A stretch of 64,000 nucleotides of DNA from Octopus sinensis (taxonomy: Eukaryota), in the NCBI RefSeq assembly GCF_006345805.1, contig NC_043000.1, positions 105,276,001 to 105,340,000 of the forward strand, in the 5' to 3' direction. Position 1 is the first letter of the stretch; each line of letters begins with the position of its first letter. Below the pieces are notes generated by a model that saw nothing but the letters and a program-made list of their open reading frames with translations, searched no databases and was not told the DNA's origin. Made by a program: the position numbers and the translations under genes. Below, piece by piece: positions 13,335-26,119 of this stretch.

Positions 13335-14305
13335 AGTGCTAATCTCTAAATGTGGAGGCAGCTTGTGGGAGAGGAAGACCTACGAATACGTGAGACGAAG
13401 TGGTGAACAATGGTCTTCAGATATTGAACCTCACAGAGATGACAAAGGACTGAGACGATTGGCGATTTGCTATACTTCAGAAGACCCGTCCGGCTAAGTA
13501 AAGTCGAGGAAGGTAAAGGCAAGCCGTTTATGTCCATGTCCCCCGCACCCGATCTGTCCCCCTGAAAAACGTCTCTTTCACATCCCATCTACCTAACACC
13601 TTCTTCCCTACACCCAACTCGTGTTCACCACTCGCTGTATTCCTTAACCTTCTACCCTCCAATCTCTGTCGAATTTCTTCGTCACAACACATCCCTCCTT
13701 ACAGCCCCCTCCCTCTATTTGTGCCCACTCACTACATCCCTCTCCCTGCTCCTCCATATTCCATTCATCTTTTGCAATCTCACCCTATCCACACCCTGAT
13801 CCACTTAACTATATACTCCTCCCTTAACTTGAGTGTATACCCCGTTACATCTTCACCATCTAATCTCTCTTTCACTCTTTCTCTCTCGCTTCTCTCTCTC
13901 TCGCTTCTCTCTCTCTCTCTTCTCTCTCCCCCTATCTCTCCATTCTTTCCGTTCTCTCTTTATACATTCTCTTTCCATCTGAGTAGCTATGTATCTCCTC
14001 TACTGCAGTATATGTATTTTTGTTCCTCTGCGCATACTCAAGCTTTTCAACACCTGGATCAAAGCCACCTCCCTCCATACTACTCCCCTCTCAGTAGAGG
14101 AGTCTTGTCTTGCAAGTTACCGCTGCTGGTGCCACGTTAAAGGTACCCAGCACATTCTGTACGGTGGTTGGCGCTAGGAATGGCATCGGCTGTAGAAACC
14201 ATGGCAAAACGGATTGTGTCCTCTGTCTTTCCAGTTCTTATCAAACCGTTTTACCCATGCCAGCGTGAATTAAGAACGTTAAATAAGGATGATGATGATG
14301 ATGAT
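13335..14305 (+). mobile_element. RTE-type LINE 3' remnant with (GAT)n tail
   Basis: C-terminal-like peptide 'WERKTYEYVRR...LAICYTSEDPSG*', a pyrimidine-rich 3' region and a terminal 'gatgatgatgatgat'. Confidence 0.45.
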
Positions 14306-14439
14306 TAAATATGCGTGTGTGTATACATACATACATACATATTTGTGTGTGTGTGGTGTACATAATACACACACAAACATGGCTACCGAATAATTGTCAC
14401 ATATTACATTTACAGATATATATATATATATATACACGG

Positions 14440-14483
<44 letters not shown>

Positions 14484-14489
14484 ATATAC

Positions 14490-14660
14490 ATATTTATATA
14501 CGAAGTGTTTCTTTCAGTTGCCGCCTACCAAATCCACTCACAAGGCTTTGGTCGACCCGAGGCTATAGTGAAGGACACTCACCCAAGGTGCCACACAGTG
14601 GAACTGAACCCGGAACTATGTGGTTGGGAAGTAAACTTCTTACCACACAGCCACGCCAGC
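14490..14660 (-). mobile_element. tRNA-derived SINE
   Basis: Reverse complement of the 541-720 module. Confidence 0.7.
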
Positions 14661-15249
14661 CTGATTGTGTGACTGTGTATAACTATATGCATTTATGTTT
14701 TATTTGTTCGTATATTTGTGTCTATGTTCGTGTCAGTGTTTTTGTCCTTTGTTTTAACACAGATGCTCTGTCAACAACAAAATGTCCAACTAACCGATTC
14801 TATAAAAGTTAATCAATAACATAAATACTGGACTCCATATGATCGACTAAAACTTTATATGATGGTATTCATCCCAGCATAATCGCAGTTCAATGACGGA
14901 AACCAGTTGAATAGAAGTATGGATAATCAGCCAATCCGTACATGGGATAGTAATTCGGCAGGATCGTCAGAGCGTCACGCAAAAAGGAAAAGCAAAAAAA
15001 AAAAAAAAAGCTTGTGCCAAATCTTGACATTCGTAATTTAAACACGCTGGGTTAATTTTTTCCTTCCATCTTTCCGAAGTCCATAAAATGCAGTAGCAAT
15101 CAAAAGTACTGGACTCGGTGAAAATGACCGCCAGTCTATACTAACAGGAGCCTAGTCTATGATGATAAACAAGACCTCAAATCCCTGACCAGCTGTGGAA
15201 TTTGAGATGATGTACACTATCGTCATATCATATCAATATCATCTACGGC

Positions 15250-15460
15250 TGGGATGGTGGACTAGCAGAATCGTTAGCACACCGGACATCCTGTTTAGCG
15301 GCATTGTCGTCCGTCTTCATGTTCTGAGTTCAAATTCCGCCGAGGTCGACTTTGTCTTTCAACCTTTCGGAGTCGATAAAGTGAATACCAGTTGAGCACT
15401 GGGGTCGACCTAATTCACCCGAAATTTCTGGACTTGTACCAAAATTTGAAATCGATATTA
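15250..15460 (+). mobile_element. SINE ('ggcagaatcgttag' family)
   Basis: Core 'gttctgagttcaaattccgccgaggtcgactttgtctttcaacctttcggagtcgataaa...taccag' is shared with 35360-35685. Confidence 0.7.
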
Positions 15461-15623
15461 TCTACGTATAAAACGCTTTTTAGTACAAAAAGCCTATAAT
15501 TCATTCACACGTTCCCTCCCTTCCGCTCGTTCTCTCTCAAAACACAGGCATCATTACGAGATTATGAAAAAGGAAACACGGAAGCCTATAAACACATGTA
15601 CAGAGATACATACATTTGTGTGT

Positions 15624-15675
<52 letters not shown>

Positions 15676-16006
15676 TGTGTGTGTGCGTGCGCATGTGCGT
15701 GTGTCTGCATCTATGAAGATATCTGTCATTACAAAACGTATACATTGACAAAAACACATGCAGAAATGAGATGGTGGGACAAGTACACACACACACGCAC
15801 ACATACACACACTCACACACATACACACACACACACACCACACACACACTCACACACATACACGCACACACATGCGCAGATACAAACACGTATACCAGCG
15901 CAAAGATGCATGACATCCGTTCCAAGTAGTGTTTGGGATGGTTAACGTTTATCAATGACTATAAATAACTAAAAATATACCCGCTGTCACACATTCACAC
16001 ACACAC

Positions 16007-16054
<48 letters not shown>

Positions 16055-16175
16055 TGTGTTGTGTGTGTATGTGCTTGTGTGTGCAGTTGTATAGACGTAT
16101 TTATTTTCTATGTATATAAATATTCATATTCCGTTATCCATACGCATAGACAGGCAGACAGACAGACAGACAGAA

Positions 16176-16316
<141 letters not shown>

Positions 16317-16385
16317 CAAGCATACATACATACACACACATACACACATACATACATACATACATACATACATACACACATACAT

Positions 16386-16422
<37 letters not shown>

Positions 16423-16708
16423 TACATACATACATACATACATACATACATACATACATACATACATGTAAAGATTTACGCTCGGCTTAAAACCGCCACT
16501 GAGAGCTTGAGTGCCTTTAGCATCCCAAGATTCCTGTCCGCGAAAAGTTCCTTTCCTTCTGTCACAAATCTCAGAGGTTGCTGTGCAAAGAACATGTGGA
16601 GGAGGGGCTAGTTTTTCCCCGAGCATACATACACGCACACACATATATATGCGTATGTGTGTATAATAAATACACGCGCACACACACACGCACACACACA
16701 CACACACG

Positions 16709-16742
<34 letters not shown>

Positions 16743-18129
16743 TGTTTAACTTTGTACTATGGGACTCGCAAATTCAGCAGATGTCGATTTGAGATCACAA
16801 AAGTTTTGGCACCTTCCAGCAGTATCACTTCCTCTTCCAATTCCGGGCAACATTGATGCTACAAGAAAATTAACGGGCCCTACATTGCAGCATATTATAC
16901 CTAAGTACACCCGTTAACCATACAACCGGCGTTGGATTGGATTAGATTGCCCGTGTTCAGTCCACTGTAGGACAAGGGCCCCATCATGTTCTCTACACTA
17001 ACCACAGTCCGATGTGGAGTCCGTGAATTAAAACTTTAGATCATACTAGTTTGATTGCCCTATTCTGCTAAACTGGCGCGACATGGCTTGGCAGATAGAA
17101 GCCTTCTTTACACTCATGCAACCGGCAAACTAAACGTTAAGCTATAGCCAGCTTCAACTACTCTGACAATCATCAACTATTTTGTTTTACTACTCGTTCA
17201 GTTCTTCACTCCTAGATTTCTCGTATGTCCCCGAATACTCAAGTTCAAGTTCTGCTGAGATCAGCTTTGCCCTTCACCGTTTTTAGGTCGATAAAAAGCG
17301 GTGGATTAGCAAAACTATAAGAACTTGCAGTGATCGTTTCGGATCTTTGCGTTCCGAGTTCAGATTCCACCCTTGCCTACGTGGGCGGTAAACTTAATAC
17401 GTCGCCCAGTTTAACCAACCCTACCTGGCACCTTAAATATCTCTGGTTGAATCTATGCTGTGGCAAGTATTTGGGTCAGCTGTGGCAAGATTTGGGGATA
17501 CTGTCCTCCATCTGAAAGGCTTGTAAAAGTTCATAGACATTGCCTTCCCTCCTAACAATAAAATTAAAATAATATCCACGATAAGGCATTCACTGTTTCC
17601 CTCCGTAAATTCATAAATCACTACTCTGTTATCCTTCCTAAGTCCAGTCCTAGCCAGGCCGGACATGTGAATCTAGCTACATATCCACGATAATCAATTT
17701 CTACAGGAAGCACAACCCAAAGCCTTTTCTTCTATAACTTTCAAAGACCCCTCGTATTCGAGGCTCTTTTTTTTTTCTTCCCCACCAATTATTAGCTTTT
17801 CGGAGCCGCCAAATCAAAATCAGGACCATGTCGTAATAAACAGGGCGTTGCTCCGCTATTGCAATATGGCGTACGTACGTGCATAAGTGTATATATGCAT
17901 GTGTGTACATGCACATGTGTGTATGATTTGTACATGCACATATGCGTGTGTATATATGTATATATACACACACATACATACGTACATACATACAAACAAA
18001 TACACATACATACATATATTCATATATTCATACATACATACATGCACCCATATACACATATATGTACATGTTACATATTACATAGACATAGATAGATAGA
18101 TACATACATACATACATGCATACATATAT

Positions 18130-18161
<32 letters not shown>

Positions 18162-18821
18162 TACATACATACATACATACATACATACATACATACATAC
18201 ATACATACATACATACATACATACATACATACATACATACATACATACATAGGTAGATAGATAGTTGGATAGATAGATGTTGTAGTTATTTTTATCTCCT
18301 GTTCAGCCACGGTCGAGCAGGCCAATAATCAAACTCATTCTAGTCGTGACTATCCCGTCACTTCAGACCATTTTATCTCAAGTTACGATGTCCACGTTAT
18401 CCAATATGTCCCATTTTTAAAAGACAGATTCGATAACGTGGATAAAGGCTTCTAAGTCAGACTTACGGTTTAAATGAGATTTTGTTGCTATTTCTAGCAT
18501 GTCTCGAAACCACGTTGTTGAACTAAACTTCTACACGGTTAGTCAGAAAGGGCAACCACGAACCATTGCTATATTCAGATGAATATGCAATTGGATATGG
18601 CATAGCGAAATCTGCAACCTGGAGGATGTATGTGTTTGAAAGTCTGAGTTACAAATGTGTCTCTTACGTAATGTGATCTATTTATACACCAAAAAATGGT
18701 AAAAGACTGAACAATACACACACACACACACAGAGGCACGTACATTCACATGCATGGATATGTAAGTATATCATATATATATATGTGTGTGTGTGTATGT
18801 GTATATGTGTGTATACATATA

Positions 18822-18862
<41 letters not shown>

Positions 18863-19121
18863 GTAATATATATATACACATATGTATGTGTGTGTGTGTG
18901 TATTTATGTATGTTATGTATTATGTATGTATTTCAAAGTTCTTTTACAGAGCTTAGGAAAACTGAAGGACCGCTGTAATAAGTGTGTGAATCTGAGAGGG
19001 GAATATTTTGAATAAAATCGCAATTAACTAATCCTCCGATATTTTTTGTACCCAAGCAGAAAAATGTATGTATGTATGTAGTATGTATGTATGTATGTAT
19101 GTATGTATGTATGTATGTATG

Positions 19122-19155
<34 letters not shown>

Positions 19156-19863
19156 TGTATGTATGTATGTATGTATGTATGTATGTATGTATGTGTGTGT
19201 GTATGTTTCATGTATATGTATATATATTCACATGTGAGTATATATATATATTTGTATTTATATATCACACATGCACACACACACACACATACACACACAC
19301 TTACGCATACATATAACACGGAGAGAAAGAGAGGGAAAGCGAAAGAGAGAGTATTTCTTAACGTAACTAAGAGAGGGGAGAATCGTCTTTTGCTAAATTT
19401 AGCCGAACATAGAATACTATCAGACAAGAGAAACGTGATAATGTTTATATCGTAAAGTGAGTTGATATATGTTCGTGTGTGTATACATGTGCGTGTGTGT
19501 GTGTGCGTGTGTGTGTGTGAGTGCGTGTGTGTTTGTGTGTGTTTGAACTTGTCTGTGCCTGTGTATATGTGAATCTATAGAGAAGAAAAGAGGGAGACAC
19601 AGATAGATAAAATTTACACACACACACATACACATACATATATGCATGCAATTACACATATACACACCCAAACGCGCGCACACATGCACACATGTACGCA
19701 TAGACACACAGACATACACACACACATATACACACGAACATGTGTGTGTGTGTGTGTGCGTGAGTGTGTGTGCGTGAGTGAGTGTGCGTGTACAATGCAC
19801 GAATGCATGAGTAAAACATATCTTGTTATGCAGGCTAAAAAATTGATAAAATGTCAGTCTTAC

Positions 19864-20080
19864 CTCCAAGATCCTTTTGAATAAGAAAGTTGTTGTCGAA
19901 AACCCATTTACAGCTGGAAGAATCACAATATGCCCAGAGGCCGCGATGATGGTTACCTCCACTGTGAAAGACCGGGTTTCGAAACTCTATCCAGTATGGG
20001 GTAGCGAACGATATAACGATCGCTAGATTGCTGACCACTAAGAAAAACAGAGCTACAATAACCATACATGTCGCCCTCAT
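19864..20080 (-). CDS. First coding exon of a claudin/PMP22/EMP-like tetraspan membrane protein
   Basis: ATG in 'acaccATGa' context; MRATCMVIVALFFLVVSNLAIVISFATPYW (TM1 plus TPYW) then GLWAYCDSSSC (W...GLW..C..C extracellular-loop-1 signature). It ends at a strong donor GGAG|GTAAGA (GT at 19863-19862): 217 nt, phase 1. Confidence 0.85.
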
Positions 20081-20194
20081 GGTGTCGTGGTGTTTTTATT
20101 TTGTTTTCCTGTAGTTGATAACGACGATGATGCTGATGCTGATGATGATCGGATAGATCCAGGTAGTAAGGATAGTCCAAGAGCAATGTGTGAG

Positions 20195-20302
<108 letters not shown>

Positions 20303-21214
20303 AGATGTCAAAACAGATAAGGCCGCTCAAAAGACAGGCAACAGAAAGTAAGATATATATGAATGTATGTATATATATTATATTATATATATTATATATA
20401 TATATTATATATATATATATATATATAATATGTATGTATGTGTGTGTGTGTGGTTGTGTATAAATATAGAAAGGAGCACTGTTCGGTAGTGTAATGATCG
20501 CGAAGAGTGGTAGTGGTGGTGAAGATGGATGTGGTGGCGGAAGTGGAGATAGCGGAGCAGAAGTTGTATAGCTGATGCCACTACACGAGACCAGACTGAA
20601 CACAAACCGTGTCTTCAAGATCCACGATTCGCTCGCCTTAATAACAATCGGCAGCAGCTGTAAGCTAGCAGCGGAAGCGATGATGTGAAGAGGAGAGAGA
20701 AAAATGGAAGCTTGCAAAGGAGGTCGGAGGAAAGAGCGGTAGCAAGAGGAAGAAGCTATAAGAGTTGTAAAAACGAGGAAGTTAAGGAGTTGACGGTCGT
20801 CGTGTTGTTTGTTGTTGTTGTTGTTATTGTTGGTGGTGGTGGTATGAAGGGTAAAGGGGTGTATGGAGAGAAATTATGCTGGCTGTGATGCTTTGTGAAC
20901 AAAAGACGGTCCTAAGAATAGGGAGAAAACAGCGAGGTGAGGTTGACAGGCGCCAAACGACAAGTTTTCTATGAGTGTGCGCGCGCGTATGTGTGTGTTT
21001 TGTGTACGAAAGGGAAGCTGTGTAGATAAGTGAAGATAGTAAGACTGAGAGAGAGAGAGAGAGAGAAACGGAAGAAGATGAAGAAGATATGAAAGACGAA
21101 AGCAGCAACAGAAGCAGTAGTAACAACCGCATCATCATCAACAGCAACAACAGCTGCAGCAAAAGCAATACTAGTAGTAGTAATAGTAGTAGTAGTAATA
21201 GTAGTAGTAGTAGT

Positions 21215-21246
<32 letters not shown>

Positions 21247-21316
21247 TAGTAAGAGCAGCAACAGAGTCAGTTGCACAATTATACTGCAGCAGCAGATGTA
21301 GCAGCAGCAGCTGCAA

Positions 21317-21376
<60 letters not shown>

Positions 21377-22279
21377 CAAGTAGTAGTAGTAGTTCTGGTA
21401 ATGATGCTGATGATGATGACGAAGACAACACCGACAACGAGGATGATATTTTAAACTCACTTTCAAATATAAACACACACACACATCCATGTGTGTGTGT
21501 GTGTATAAATATGTATATACATATATATATATGTACATATATATACATATACACCAATACATATATACGCATAGATATACATATATATATATATACATAT
21601 ATATACATATACATATATATACATAGATATACATATATATATGTATATATTATATGTATATGTGTATATATATATATATATACACACACATATCTACATG
21701 GCTACATACCTAAATACCTATATACATACATACATACATACATACATACATACATACATACATACATACATACATACATGCATGCATGCATTCATACATC
21801 ACGCATGCATACATGTACTCATACAGACACATACTCACACACACATGACACACTTGCATAGAATCCCACATACATACATAAATACACACATATTCTACTA
21901 ACATCAATCGGAATGCTTAAAATCACGTTCAAACGTACATAATTTGTATCCTTGCTAACGTTCGGTACTTGTACTGTCTTTAGTCAAAACCACATAGCAC
22001 ACAATTGTCCAGGACTCGCACGTGTCTAAGGGCTTAATGCTTATCTGTGCATACTCTCCGGACTAGGGGTTATCAACTAGTTTTCATCGATGGATCTCTT
22101 TGATTATTCATTTTTTGGCGGATTCCCACGACCATTCATTGTTAAAAAAACTAGTTTTATAGAAACTGCTTTCAAAATTCCGTTTTTTTTTTTTTTTATG
22201 ACACATTACTTTGTGTAGGTCGAACTATGTAAAATGTTAGAGAAAAAAACTCAACTGTTTCTTGCAATACATACCAATA

Positions 22280-22656
22280 CATACAGCTAAAGTAAAATTA
22301 CTGTTGTGGATCCCCCAATTTACTATTTTGCTGTGTGGACCCCCAATGTCTTATACGGACCCTCAGGGCACATATGGAACCCGGTTGAGAACCACAGCTC
22401 TATACCAGTGCTTCTTTTCCACTTTTTGCCTATGAAACCCTTTGATTCTTACTTTACTCTACTGGACCCCTATAGCCATTCGATATATATTTACAAAATC
22501 CTACTGTATTTTTATAATTAAATACTATTAGGAATTATATTTAACTTTTTATTAATATTGTGTAAGTATAAGTAATTTATTGCACATAAATTTTAACAAC
22601 AAAATTTTATATGAAGCTCCAAAGGCTATATGGAACTCTGGTTGAGAACCACTGCT
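22280..22656. mobile_element. hAT (Charlie-like) MITE remnants
   Basis: Two right-end-like sequences 'ggttgagaaccacag' (~22383) and 'ggttgagaaccactg' (~22641), i.e. reverse complement of CAGTGGTTCTCAACC. No left end found. Confidence 0.45.
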
Positions 22657-22789
22657 ATAGATTGTATATGAAGGGGTCCTACTGTATATGAAGGGGTCGT
22701 TTAATGCTGTTAAAACGACCTTTTTCACTTACACTTGGGCAAGTGTCTTTTATTATAGCCTCGAGCCGACCAAAGCCTTGTGAGACGGA

Positions 22790-22991
22790 AAACAGTCATC
22801 TGACTGCGGCCATGCCGAAGCACCATCTTAGAAGGTTTTTAGTCGAAGAAATCGACCCCAGAACTTATTCTTTGTAAGCCTAGTACTTATTCTATCGGCC
22901 TCTTTTGCCGGATCGCTAAGTTACAGGGACATAAATGCATCAGCATCGTTGTCAAGCGATGGTGGGGGGGAACACACACAGACACACACGC

Positions 22992-23057
<66 letters not shown>

Positions 23058-23220
23058 ACATATATAGGACGACCTTCTTTCAGTTTCCGTCTACCAATCC
23101 ACTCACAAAGATTTGGTTGGCCTGAGATTATAGGAAAAACACTTGCAAAGTTGCCATGCAGTGGGACAGAACCTGGAACCATATGGTTTGGGATCAAACT
23201 TTTTACCACACAGCCAAGCC
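22790..23220 (-). mobile_element. Composite SINE
   Basis: Reverse complement of both modules seen at 538-925. Confidence 0.7.
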
Positions 23221-23239
23221 TATATATATATATACATAC

Positions 23240-23272
<33 letters not shown>

Positions 23273-23291
23273 ATATACATACATATATATA

Positions 23292-23322
<31 letters not shown>

Positions 23323-23412
23323 CCTACATATATATACATACATATACTATATATATATAATATATATATATACATATATATATATATAATATAATAATAT
23401 TATATATACATA

Positions 23413-23449
<37 letters not shown>

Positions 23450-23510
23450 CATATATATATATATATACCTACATATATATATATATTATACAACATATAT
23501 ATATATATGT

Positions 23511-23589
<79 letters not shown>

Positions 23590-23667
23590 CATATATATAT
23601 ATATACATACATATATATATATATATATATAATATAATAGATATATATATATATATATATATATAAT

Positions 23668-23713
<46 letters not shown>

Positions 23714-23758
23714 ATATATATATATATATACATAATATATATATATATATATATATAG

Positions 23759-23809
<51 letters not shown>

Positions 23810-23831
23810 CATATATATATATATATATATA

Positions 23832-23873
<42 letters not shown>

Positions 23874-23876
23874 ATC

Positions 23877-23917
<41 letters not shown>

Positions 23918-23950
23918 TTATATATATATACATACATACATATATAATAA
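23221..23950. repeat. Long interrupted (TA)n tract
   Basis: About 730 bp of nearly pure TA with sporadic C/G. Confidence 0.95.
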
Positions 23951-24070
23951 TTACAAACTGGGATGAGAACGCAAAACATTTAGAAGACGATACAAAAAAC
24001 ACGATACAAAAAAGCCTTCGATCTTCAGTCAAGAACCGGATCATCCTCGCACTTTCGGCTGCACCTTAAC
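23951..24070 (-). mobile_element. Terminal segment shared with the 850-bp tandem unit, abutting (TA)n
   Basis: Reverse complement reads 'cagccgaaagtgcgaggatgatccggttcttgactgaaga...ttgtatcgtcttctaa', matching 7273-7352. Confidence 0.7.
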
Positions 24071-24100
24071 TGACCAGTCAGTCGGGCGTCCATTTGACAC

Positions 24101-24161
24101 CGCTGGTCACAGCACGCTGGTCACAGCACGCTGGTCACAGCACGCTGGTCACAGCACGCTG
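24101..24161. repeat. Perfect 14-bp minisatellite (CGCTGGTCACAGCA) x4.4
   Basis: Units start at 24101, 24115, 24129 and 24143. Confidence 0.95.
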
Positions 24162-24368
24162 CCCACTCCTCGCCTTTCTCATCAACGTGATTCCAATCGC
24201 CCTCCTGAAATCGTAGCTCCACCGTTGTTGAGGCCTTCCGTGTGGTTGTTTCCGCTCGCGCGGGTACCACACGACAACTGCGCAGGTCTACCGATTATCG
24301 GTGAGCCGGGCGACGTGTCCAGCCCATCTAAACTTGCTGCGTGTATATTCTACGATGACATCGTAGAG

Positions 24369-24375
<7 letters not shown>
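24160..24375 (-). mobile_element. RTE-clade LINE 3' ORF fragment
   Basis: Minus strand DVIVEYTRSKFRWAGHVARLTDNR*TCAVVVWYPRERKQPHGRPQQRW carries the RTE 'RWAGHVAR...W.P..R..GRP..RW' motif. Confidence 0.8.
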
Positions 24376-24417
<42 letters not shown>

Positions 24418-24433
24418 TATATATATTGTATAG

Positions 24434-24533
24434 GGGCATTACTACACATAAATGCCTCACACTAAGAGGGACAAAGTCATTACTACCAGACTTTGTCCCT
24501 CTTAGTGTGAGGCATTTATGTGTAGTAATGCCC
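24434..24533. repeat. Perfect 45-bp inverted repeat with 10-nt loop
   Basis: Arms 24434-24478 and 24489-24533 are exact reverse complements; loop ATTACTACCA. Confidence 0.97.
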
Positions 24534-24672
24534 TCTATACAATATAGATATAATTAATTTGTTCAAAAGAAAAAATTATTTTCGAATTCTTTCTCTTTAT
24601 GAGGTTTTCACCTAGCTGCCCGATAATTTCTTGTTAAGATCCCTTTAAGAGATTATCCTTAATTGTTAAACT

Positions 24673-24713
<41 letters not shown>

Positions 24714-24931
24714 TCAATATAGGGAGGCAAAAAAATTTTGTAGAATTCTTTTGCCCCCAGCGGCCTAGTGGGAAAAAATTAAATAGTCATAAACCATTTT
24801 TAAGTTCAATATCACAATCAAGAACGGCCATAATAGGCCATTCACCCACTAAATAACAGCCAAAAAGCTTCAACCGCAAAATAACATTAATTCCGTAAAC
24901 CAGGAGAAAATTAAAAAACATTTACCCTGAA

Positions 24932-25038
24932 ATTCCTTATACGATGCACCGTTTCTTCTACTGTTTAATGGTAAACTAACCTGATTAAATTAAATCAAGC
25001 CAATCTACCATAGGCCCTTAGATTCATCAGTAAGGAAT
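24932..25038 (-). ncRNA. Type I hammerhead ribozyme fold (copy 1)
   Basis: Minus strand ATTCCTTA-CTGATGA-[68 nt]-GAAA-CG-GTGCAT-CG-TA-TAAGGAAT; all core nucleotides present. Confidence 0.82.
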
Positions 25039-25419
25039 AGCCAATCGGAACAGATATTTTTCACGAGGCATTCTCGTCATGCCTCGCCAATATCTGACCT
25101 AAAATTTTCAAATCGTCGCACTCTCGCGCCAATTTATCGGCAGCAAATAAATATAAGCTGCCGATTCCATTACGGAACCAACCAGAAAATTCATAATAAT
25201 CAATATAGGGAGGCAAAAAATTTTGTAGAATTCTTTTGCCCCCAGCGGCCTAGTGGGAAAAAATTAAATAGTCATAAACCATTTTTAAGTTCAATATCCA
25301 CAATCAAGGAACGGCCATAATAGGCCATTCACCCACTAGAAATAACAGCCAAAAAGCTTCAACCGCAAAATAACATTAATTCCGTAAACCAGGAGAAAAT
25401 AAAAAACATTTACCCTGAA

Positions 25420-25525
25420 ATTCCTTATACGATGCACCGTTTCTTCTACTGTTTAATGGTAAACTAACCTGATTAAATTAATCAAGCCAATCTACCATAG
25501 GCCCTTAGATTCATCAGTAAGGAAT
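25420..25525 (-). ncRNA. Type I hammerhead ribozyme fold (copy 2)
   Basis: Same as copy 1, with one base missing at the stem II apical loop. Confidence 0.8.
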
Positions 25526-25907
25526 AGCCAAATCGGAACAGATATTTTTCACGAGGCATTCTCGTCCATGCCTCGCCAATATCTGACCTAAAATTTTCAA
25601 ATCGTCGCACTCGCGCCAAATTTATCGGCAGCAAATAATATAAGCTGCCGATTCCATTACGGAACCAACCAGAAAATTCATAATTAATCAATATAGGGAG
25701 GCAAAAAAATTTTGTAGAATTCTTTTGCCCCCAGCGGCCTAGTGGGAAAAAATTAAATAGTCATAAACCATTTTTAAGTTCAATATCACAATCAAGGAAC
25801 GGCCATAATAGGCCATTCACCCACTAGAAATAACAGCCAAAAAGCTTCACAACCGCAAAATAACATTAATTCCGTAAACCAGAGAAAATTAAAACATTTA
25901 CCCTGAA

Positions 25908-25971
25908 ATTCCTTATACGATGCACCGTTTCTTCTACTGTTTAATGGTAAACTAACCTGATTAAATTAAAT
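25908..25971 (-). ncRNA. Half hammerhead (3' half only), broken at the inversion junction
   Basis: Contains GAAA, stem III and stem I 3' strand; the sequence switches orientation at the stem II apical loop. Confidence 0.7.
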
Positions 25972-26119
25972 TAAATTGGTTCCGTAATGGAATCGGCAGC
26001 TTATATTTATTTGCTGCCGATAAATTTGGCGCGAGTGCGACGATTTGAAAATTTTAGGTCAGATATTGGCGAGGCATGGACGAGAATGCCTCGTGAAAAA
26101 TATCTGTTCCGATTTGGCT

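Noticed and set aside
16470-16600. Possible second exon of the claudin-like gene (acceptor-like 'ttctttgcacag')
   Set aside because: The phase-1 translation is hydrophilic with no TM2 or TM3, so it does not fit a claudin.
20824-21689. Poly-Leu, poly-Val or poly-Thr ORFs suggesting a membrane or mucin protein
   Set aside because: They derive from (TAG)n, (CAG)n and (GAT)n trinucleotide runs.
24101-24161. CRISPR-like repeat array (also 34480-34750 and the 13-bp repeats at 54622-54680)
   Set aside because: No unique spacers, no cas genes and a eukaryotic context; simple minisatellites.
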